Shown piece by piece: positions 61,133 to 64,000 of a stretch of 64,000 nucleotides of DNA. Both the position numbers and the translations under genes were made by a program. This stretch comes from Tricharina praecox (lineage: Eukaryota): assembly GCF_024521635.1 (NCBI RefSeq), contig NW_026250427.1:186001-250000 (forward strand), in the 5' to 3' direction. The notes beneath the pieces are model-generated. The model searched no databases. It worked only from the letters and a program-made list of their open reading frames with translations, and had not been told where the DNA came from. Each line of letters begins with the position of its first letter. The stretch's first letter is position 1.

Positions 61133-61930
61133 TTTTGTCGATTATGAGAGACTTGGTCGGAAAGGGTCTCGTCGTTGGTCGTGAGGGGTTGCTGGTCTTT
61201 CGGTTAGTTTCGCGCGGAATAACAAAATCGACAGTTTGGCGGAGCTTGCGTTTGGATTGTGTGCGCTGTGAAGTGTGGGGGAAAAACCACAGTCACAACG
61301 CTAAGGGCAAGGTACCACACCATCACTCACGTCACGTGGCTGCACCCACAAATCCTCTAATTTTAGGAAGCGCGACAACTTGTACTTCACAACGCATCAC
61401 CCAGAATTCCCTTTGAAACAAACGGAGTGCAACTTTGGCTCCTAACAGAGCGGGCAGGAAAGGAGTGCGACGGTTCGTCATAGTCTAGATAGGTTGCATG
61501 TGAAATAAACTGTAGATCACACACACTCTCTCTGGGCTCCTAACGTTGGGATGTGTGAAGACAACCGTTGAGAACAAACAATGCGTCTTTACTTTCCCAG
61601 TAAATACAATGCACGAACAAGCTGAGGCGACGATTTTGGGGAGTTTCAGGCACTGCCAATGGCCAATATTCGGGTGATCATGGGACTCTGCTTTGTTTCG
61701 GAGTATGGAAACTGAATCTTTGTGATATTCCGGGCGGTCGATGACGCATAAGCCGATTAAGTTTCAGACTCAACGGTGCACATGGGTATCTTTTCGCTCG
61801 TAAGAGACAGTGTTGCGAGTGTCTTTGATCTGCAACTTCAACAACTGAAGGCCACGTACCTATTGAGTGTCAAACTTTAACCTAAGACATCAATGATTGA
61901 GCACGCAGAGAGCTTGATTTGCCACTGAAC

Positions 61931-62003
61931 GCTCTGGTAGCTCAGGGGTTAGAGCGGTCGATTGCAGATCGACAGGTCCCTCGTTCAAATCGGGGTCAGA
62001 GCT
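61931..62003 (+). tRNA. tRNA-Cys (GCA), intronless
   Basis: Acceptor stem GCTCTGG/TCAGAGC, D arm, anticodon arm GTCGA-TTGCAGA-TCGAC, T loop TTCAAAT, discriminator T. Confidence 0.93.
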
Positions 62004-62184
62004 GGCTATGTCACACTGCGCGTGTTCCTTTTGGCAGTGAGAAGGAAGCAAGCTTTGGTCCGTTCTTTTGGATCTCGCGATTCGCGAAATCATGACAGTT
62101 GAGTGAATGGATTCTGGCGAAGGGATACGTCTATGATCTAAGCTCTATCGTTCTAGAAATCAAAAACAACGCTTTCTACAACCC

Positions 62185-62892
62185 TCAAAACATTGCGAGT
62201 AGATCATCAACAATCTCCTCCTTCTTTTCCTCCTTCACACTGCTCAATATGAACCCGACGAGCGCATTAACCATTGGCTTCTGCGCTGGTAAATAATGTC
62301 CACCAGGATGGTACACCGTCCGCTTATCCCCATCCACACACGCCTTCATGAGTTCGAGACTCCTTTCCTCATCAACAACCGTATCCAAACTCCCAATAAC
62401 ATGTAACACCTTCGTCTCGATGCTTGGTTCGTACCACTCCCGATACATGTCGGGCGCTCTGAAGCCGCTGTAGCAAACCGCGAACTTCAACGGCGGGTGC
62501 GAGGTAGTAAACTCCTCCGGCCGCTTCCGCCCCTTCTCCAGGATCGCTGCGAGAATAGCCGCGAAGGCGGCGCCCTGGGAGAACCCGATAACGCCGTCAA
62601 ACGGTCCATGGGTGTCGAGGTACGACGAGATGAAGAGGAAGGTCTCTGGAAGACCAGTGTACGCGGATGTGGGCGTTGCGCGTCGCCACCACGCGTACGC
62701 TTCGAGGTCGGCTGCATCGTCGGCGACCGCGTCGCCGGGGATGTCGGCGGGGGAGAGCTTAATCGGCGCTGTAGGAAAGTGAAGGGTTGTGTCGGCGCCC
62801 AGCGACTTCGTTAGCGCCTTCTGGACGGCTTTCGTCTTCGCAGAGAACAGCGGACCGGATTGCGTGTAGCCATGAAGGAAGAGAAGGTTCAT
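62185..62892 (-). CDS. Serine hydrolase, FSH1/OVCA2 family
   Basis: LHGYTQ, GPFDGVIGFSQGA (GxSxG), LHVIGSLD, HPGGHY. Confidence 0.9.
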   Translation of the reverse strand: MNLLFLHGYTQSGPLFSAKTKAVQKALTKSLGADTTLHFPTAPIKLSPADIPGDAVADDAADLEAYAWWRRATPTSAYTGLPETFLFISSYLDTHGPFDGVIGFSQGAAFAAILAAILEKGRKRPEEFTTSHPPLKFAVCYSGFRAPDMYREWYEPSIETKVLHVIGSLDTVVDEERSLELMKACVDGDKRTVYHPGGHYLPAQKPMVNALVGFILSSVKEEKKEEIVDDLLAMF

Positions 62893-63281
62893 GGCGATGG
62901 TGGTAGGTGAGGACGGGCCGGGTATGAGGATGAGGGATGAGAGGAGGACGGAAGTGACAGTGGTTATATCATGGTGGACGCGACATCGCGGGGATGTTTC
63001 GGACGGGATTGATCATCATGGTGAGTCTAGGATTAGTTACTTCTCTAGCCGAGGCGGAACGCCACCGGAGATACCCACGCCAAGCCGAGAGAGGTTAGAA
63101 AGCGAGTACGAGGTTATGAAGCGAGTGCAAAACTGTGGACTACTACGAGAGAAAAAGAGAGAGAGATTTTCCTTTTTCAAATCGTTGCCGAGACGACGGC
63201 ATCCCACCGAGTCACCGAGAAGTATCACAAACCACACCTTCATCATCCTCACCCACCACCCTCGGTACCAACACAATCGCA

Positions 63282-64000
63282 ATGGCCGCCAAGCTGCTTC
63301 GGCGGCTGCTCAGCCTCTCTATTTTCCTCTTGATCCTTGGATCTTTCTTTTTCTGCTTCACCCTCGCAGATCAGATCGTCCCTCGTGCTGACTCCCCTCA
63401 CGTCCCTGTCACCACTCACTTGCCTAGCTTCCATGGATACCCTTTCCCAAAATCTAGGCACGGTTCAGACGTCAAACAAAAAACCCCGCCTTTCCCGATT
63501 AACCAGATTGTGCTCTACGTCTGCGGCGTCATCTTCGTGACCAGCGGGATAGTCCTACGTTTTGTCTCCTACAGAGGCGACCAAGAGGACGACGTCGAGG
63601 TACTCAGGTCACGTAAGATTGGCGACTGGGCTGTCTGCATCGCCTTTGTGTTGTATCTCACCGTGACCGGCCTCCAGTTCTTCCTCCTCACGGAAGGGTA
63701 TAAACTGGCGGACCGCATCGATCCGGTGTATGGTGCGCACTTTGGCGTGAGTGTGGACGTGCGCGTGCGGAAAGGGAAGGTGAGATATTTGGACCGGTTG
63801 AGATCGAAGAAATATCGTTGCTGATCGGTTTGTTAATAGATCTTGTATGTGTCAAGGATCCTCTACTCCGTGGTCGTCTACGCCACCAAGATTCCCTACC
63901 TGGCGCACTACTCATCGGTGCGCCATGTGAGTAATCCGCGCTACAACTACTTGCTCCGGGTCCTGGGGGTCGCGACCCTGGTCGGCTTTTTCGTCGCCAT
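63282..64000 (+). CDS. Integral membrane protein, PTH11-like/fungal rhodopsin-domain type (5' part, runs off the window)
   Basis: Hydrophobic N-terminus, TM helices with LR...GDW and TK motifs; probable intron 63780-63839. Confidence 0.55.

Overview
Intron-containing fungal (filamentous ascomycete) genomic DNA in two parts. 1-35.3 kb is a continuous, deeply nested cluster of Ty3/Gypsy chromovirus LTR retrotransposons from three families, called here A, B and C. It has at least 7 solo LTRs with 5-bp target-site duplications (TSDs), a 111-bp mini-LTR, a recombinant A/B join and an inversion or autointegration-like structure. All three families appear to use Tf1/sushi-type self-priming and a -1 gag-pol frameshift; A and B share a covarying H-type pseudoknot. 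35.3-64 kb is gene-rich: an OPT/YSL transporter, SCO1, an ~870-bp foldback made of two Ty5/copia-like 5' ends, a small Cys-rich ORF, an AA11 LPMO, an AA5 copper-radical oxidase with CBM18, an F-box-like protein, D-lactate dehydrogenase, RPS4, tRNA-Cys(GCA), an FSH-type serine hydrolase and a PTH11-like membrane protein. All calls were made by eye from motifs; no database searches or folding programs were run.
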